A stretch of DNA of 64,000 nt from Candidatus Fraserbacteria bacterium (GTDB lineage: Bacteria > Bipolaricaulota > Bipolaricaulia > RBG-16-55-9 > DRXL01). Positions within the stretch are counted from its first letter, which is position 1; every line of letters begins with the position of its first letter. The stretch is from assembly GCA_947085185.1 (NCBI GenBank), contig CAMTVK010000002.1, positions 1-64,000 of the forward strand, read 5' to 3'. A model generated the notes under the pieces. That model did not search any database and was not told the DNA's origin. It was given only the letters and a program-made list of their open reading frames with translations. Both the position numbers and the translations under genes were made by a program. Of this stretch, positions 60,462 to 64,000 are shown piece by piece.

Positions 60462-61853
60462 ATGACTCTCTCGTATGATTTTATCATCATTGGCTCTGGC
60501 ACCTCCGGCGGCGTCCTCGCGTATTATCTCACGAAAGCCGGAGCCAAATGCTTGCTCCTTGAGGCGGGCAAGGCCTTCACCGCCCAAACGTTCCCCAACA
60601 ACGAGCTGGACTATTCAGCCCAGCTCTTCTGGAACGGTGGGATGGAATTTAATTCCGACGTCACTCTGGCGTTTCTGCGCGGCAAATGCCTTGGCGGCGG
60701 CTCCGTCGTCAATCAGTGTCTTTTAGATCGCTTCGATGACTTCGCGTGGGACCTGTGGCGCAATCTCTCACATATTGAGTCTTTCACGAGCGCCCACATG
60801 GCCCCACACTACGACGAGATCGAGTCCAAGCTCAGCATCCAAGAGATCCCAGAACGCCACTTCAATCGCAATGCTCACTTCATGAAAGAGGGCTTCGAGA
60901 AGCTGGGCTATCGCTGGAAGCCCCTGCGACGGGGCCAGACAGACTGCAAGCTCGACGAAGGCAACGACTGCATGGCGTGTCTGGGGGGCTGCCATCGCAA
61001 CTCTAAACAGAGCACGCTTGTCACGTTCATCGCGTGGGCGCGCGAGGCGGGCTTAGAAGTCTGGCCCCAATTTCACGTGGAGCGCCTCGAAGCCACGTCT
61101 CAAGTTGTCAAAGTCATTGGAGTACAGGGGGAACAAACACAGAGAGAAGTCAGCGCTCCTAGGGTCATTTTAGCTGGGGGGGCTCTAGGCACGACGGCGT
61201 TGCTCTTGCGCTCCGGGTTCAAAGAGAAGCTCCCAGCCCTCGGACAGGGCTTCTTCTGTCATCCCCAATGGATGGTCTTCGCAGTCTTCAATGAGCCCGT
61301 TGACGCTCACACGGGCGCATTCCAAGCTATTAAGTCCGACGATCCACGCTTTCGCCACCAGGGGTTTAAGCTCGAAAATGTCTTCGCCCCGCCCATCAGC
61401 GTGGCGATGCTTTTGCCCGGCTTTGGCAAGGCTCATCACGCTCTGATGAGAAAATATCGCTCTATGGGCTGTATAGAAGTTGCGGTACGCGACACGACCC
61501 CCGGCGAGCTCTCGCTGGATCGCTGGGGAAGATTGCTCATACGCAAAGAGCTAGGCGCCGAAGATCGCAAGCGGCGCCAGGCGGGACTGGCCGTCATAGA
61601 AGAGATCTTTCGTGCCGTGGGCGCGCAACAGATCATCGTCTCGTCGGTGGGGTTGGGATTGCACTTGATGGGCGGCTGCGCCATCGGCACTGATCCCAAA
61701 AGTTCTGTCGTCACCGAGCGCTTTCACGTACACGGCTTCCCCAATATCTTCGTGGCGGACTCAAGCATCTTCCCTGCAGCCCCGGGGATCAATCCCGCAT
61801 TGACGATCATGGCTCTCAGTCATCGAGCCAGTCAGTCTATTCTCCAAGGGTGA
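60462..61853 (+). CDS. GMC-family FAD oxidoreductase
   Basis: IIGSG..GG, GGGSVVN, C..C..GC, HLMGGC, D.S.FP...G.NP.LT. Confidence 0.9.
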   Translation: MTLSYDFIIIGSGTSGGVLAYYLTKAGAKCLLLEAGKAFTAQTFPNNELDYSAQLFWNGGMEFNSDVTLAFLRGKCLGGGSVVNQCLLDRFDDFAWDLWRNLSHIESFTSAHMAPHYDEIESKLSIQEIPERHFNRNAHFMKEGFEKLGYRWKPLRRGQTDCKLDEGNDCMACLGGCHRNSKQSTLVTFIAWAREAGLEVWPQFHVERLEATSQVVKVIGVQGEQTQREVSAPRVILAGGALGTTALLLRSGFKEKLPALGQGFFCHPQWMVFAVFNEPVDAHTGAFQAIKSDDPRFRHQGFKLENVFAPPISVAMLLPGFGKAHHALMRKYRSMGCIEVAVRDTTPGELSLDRWGRLLIRKELGAEDRKRRQAGLAVIEEIFRAVGAQQIIVSSVGLGLHLMGGCAIGTDPKSSVVTERFHVHGFPNIFVADSSIFPAAPGINPALTIMALSHRASQSILQG

Positions 61854-62227
61854 GCGCTATGTCTCAGTTTCTTGGCCCAAGAGAGCTTGCGGCGCTGGAG
61901 CGCATCGGCGATCTCATGCTCCCTGGGGATGTGGAGTTCCCGCCCTTCTCCCAGACGGGCTGCATCGCATTCGTAGACGATCTGCTGCGCTTCATGGGCA
62001 CCAAAGATCGTGATGACTTAAGAACCCTTCTCAAGATGCTCTCATTCGTGCCGACCCCGCTGGTGCGCGCGTTCCTTGGGCTCTGTCAAACGCGCTGGAC
62101 CCCGACGCTGCGCATGATCGAGCTGGGCTTGAAAGGGCTCGTTATGAGCTTGTACTATTCTCACAAGACTGCCCCTAGTGGGCGCAAGCCGCTCGATGTA
62201 ATCGGCTTTGCTCTGCGGCGCTTGTAA
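61850..62227 (+). CDS. Small partner protein of GMC oxidoreductase (hypothetical)
   Basis: Translationally coupled to the GMC gene. The LK.LV...YY...IG pattern resembles gluconate-dehydrogenase small-subunit-like proteins. Confidence 0.55.
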   Translation: MSAMSQFLGPRELAALERIGDLMLPGDVEFPPFSQTGCIAFVDDLLRFMGTKDRDDLRTLLKMLSFVPTPLVRAFLGLCQTRWTPTLRMIELGLKGLVMSLYYSHKTAPSGRKPLDVIGFALRRL

Positions 62228-62263
62228 AGTCCGTCAATTTGTGCTATACATAGCAAAACGATC

Positions 62264-63808
62264 ATGTTCGCGAAAGCTCTCAGCGGGGCAGTTGTTGGTA
62301 TCGACGCGGAGCTCATCGAGGTGCAGTGCGATATTGCGCTGGGGCTGCCAAGCTTTACTATCGTTGGGCTGCCCCAAAAAGAAGTCCAAGAGAGCCGCGA
62401 GCGCATCCGCAGCGCCCTCAAGAATGCGGGCTTCGACTTCCCCGCCAAAAGAATCACAGTCAATTTAGCGCCCGCGGATCTCCCAAAAGAAGGAGTCGGG
62501 CTTGATCTTCCCTTGGCGTTGGCGATCTTGGTTGCGACGGGACAGATCTCCGGCGAGCGCCTTACGAACTTCTTGGCGTTGGGCGAACTGTCGCTGGACG
62601 GCCAGGTGCGCCCGGTCAAGGGTGTGCTCCCTATAGCTTTAGCGGCGCGCACGCATACTCTGAAGGGCATCATCGTCCCCGCGAGCAATGCGAAAGAAGC
62701 TGCCATCATCTCGTCTTTAGAAGTCTACGCCGTCGAGAATCTCCGGCAAGCCATTGCGTTTCTCAATGGCGAACTCGAGCTGAAACCGACCGTTGCTGAG
62801 CCGGCGCTGTTTGCTCATAATGATCGGCTCTATGACTGCGATCTCAGCGAGATCAAAGGCCAAGAACAAGCCAAGCGAGCTCTTGAAGTTGCTGCCGCCG
62901 GGGGACATAATATTCTCTTCATTGGGCCGCCGGGCTCAGGCAAGAGCATGCTGGCCAAGCGCTTGCCCACGATCTTGCCCCCGCTGTCGTTTGAGGAATC
63001 GCTCGAAGTGACAAAGATTTACAGTATTCTTGGGCTGCTGCCCTCCGACCGTCCTTTGATGCTGACGCGGCCCTTCCGGGCGCCGCACCATACAGTGTCG
63101 TATGCGGGCATGGTCGGAGGTGGGCACGGGCAGCCGCGCCCCGGCGAGATCTCGCTCGCTCATCATGGGGTCTTGTTCTTAGATGAGCTTCCCGAGTTTG
63201 AGCGCGACGTCTTGGAGACGCTGCGGCAGCCCCTCGAAGAGCGGGTGGTGACGCTCTCGCGGGCTGCGGCAGCCCTGACGTTCCCCGCGAATTTTATGCT
63301 CGTCGCCGCGATGAACCCCTGCCCCTGCGGCCACCGGGGAGATGCGAAAAAGCCCTGCCGCTGCAGCCCTCTCGATATCAAGCGCTACCGCAAGCGGATT
63401 TCCGGCCCGTTTCTTGATAGAATAGATATATTCGTGGAGGTGCCACGACTGACGAAAGAAGAACTCATGGGCAAGCCCGCCGGCGAAAGCTCAGGCGCGG
63501 TGCGGGCGCGAGTGGAGCGAGCGCGCCGGATCCAGAGCGAGCGCTTCCAAGGGCAGAAGATCTTCGCCAACGCGCAGATGGGGATTCGCGAAGTGCGGCT
63601 CTATTGTCCGCTGGAGCAGAACGCTCAGGCGCTTCTAGAGCGGGCCATCGAACACTTGAATTTGAGCGCGCGCGCCTACCATCGTGTGCTCAAAGTCGCG
63701 CGCACGATCGCAGACTTGGAGCAGTCGGAGATCATTAAAGCCGCGCATGTTGCTGAAGCAATCCAATACCGAAGCTCAGAAGAGAGCGTTCTCGAAGGAG
63801 GTATGTAA
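62264..63808 (+). CDS. comM: YifB/ComM Mg-chelatase-like AAA+ ATPase
   Basis: ESRER.R.A, TVNLAPA, GPPGSGKSM, FRAPHH, GEISLAH.GVLFLDELPEF, NPCPCG. Confidence 0.93.
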   Translation: MFAKALSGAVVGIDAELIEVQCDIALGLPSFTIVGLPQKEVQESRERIRSALKNAGFDFPAKRITVNLAPADLPKEGVGLDLPLALAILVATGQISGERLTNFLALGELSLDGQVRPVKGVLPIALAARTHTLKGIIVPASNAKEAAIISSLEVYAVENLRQAIAFLNGELELKPTVAEPALFAHNDRLYDCDLSEIKGQEQAKRALEVAAAGGHNILFIGPPGSGKSMLAKRLPTILPPLSFEESLEVTKIYSILGLLPSDRPLMLTRPFRAPHHTVSYAGMVGGGHGQPRPGEISLAHHGVLFLDELPEFERDVLETLRQPLEERVVTLSRAAAALTFPANFMLVAAMNPCPCGHRGDAKKPCRCSPLDIKRYRKRISGPFLDRIDIFVEVPRLTKEELMGKPAGESSGAVRARVERARRIQSERFQGQKIFANAQMGIREVRLYCPLEQNAQALLERAIEHLNLSARAYHRVLKVARTIADLEQSEIIKAAHVAEAIQYRSSEESVLEGGM

Positions 63809-64000
63809 GTGCGTCACACAATCACTATTGGCGTATGGGTAGGGATGGTTGTGCTTGGGGTGGCTCTCGCCATGGCGCAAGAGACGGCCTACACCGTGAG
63901 AGAGGTCCTGATCACGGGGAATAAAGCCCTGACCAAGCGCGAGATCTACGATGCTCTACCGTTCAATATTGGCTCGCGCATTACTATAGCCGATGTCGAG
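63809..64000 (+). CDS. POTRA-domain protein, probable BamA/Omp85 (partial)
   Basis: Signal peptide, then TVREVLITGNKALTKREI...LP...G. Runs off the window edge. Confidence 0.6.
   Translation, partial: MRHTITIGVWVGMVVLGVALAMAQETAYTVREVLITGNKALTKREIYDALPFNIGSRITIADVE

Overview
Bacterial chromosomal window of roughly 55-65% GC. A Thermotoga-like NusG and tRNase Z, a branched-chain polyamine synthase, several archaeal-type enzymes and a POTRA/BamA start suggest a deep-branching diderm thermophile. My best guess is Bipolaricaulota/Acetothermia, which is an inference and not a database result. The first 8 kb is a respiratory island. It holds a partial, AT-richer HAO-family multiheme gene, an IS5-like transposase scrap, an octaheme ammonia-forming nitrite reductase (ONR/TvNiR type) and a system II cytochrome c maturation set whose ResB carries zinc-ribbon and Fe-S domains. 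Two paralogous membrane-anchored hexaheme cytochromes follow. Three promoters in the island share one tandem-operator architecture. This island is the best candidate for an undescribed system. The rest is mostly housekeeping: intein-containing gyrA, gatB, speD/bpsA, hutH, era, recO, an S8 protease, an apparently split isocitrate dehydrogenase, and the tRNA-tuf-rpmG-secE-nusG-rplKAJL-rpoB cluster, with no rpoC after rpoB. I found no CRISPR array, rRNA or intact mobile element other than the intein. Family assignments come from motif recognition and recalled sequences, not from searches.
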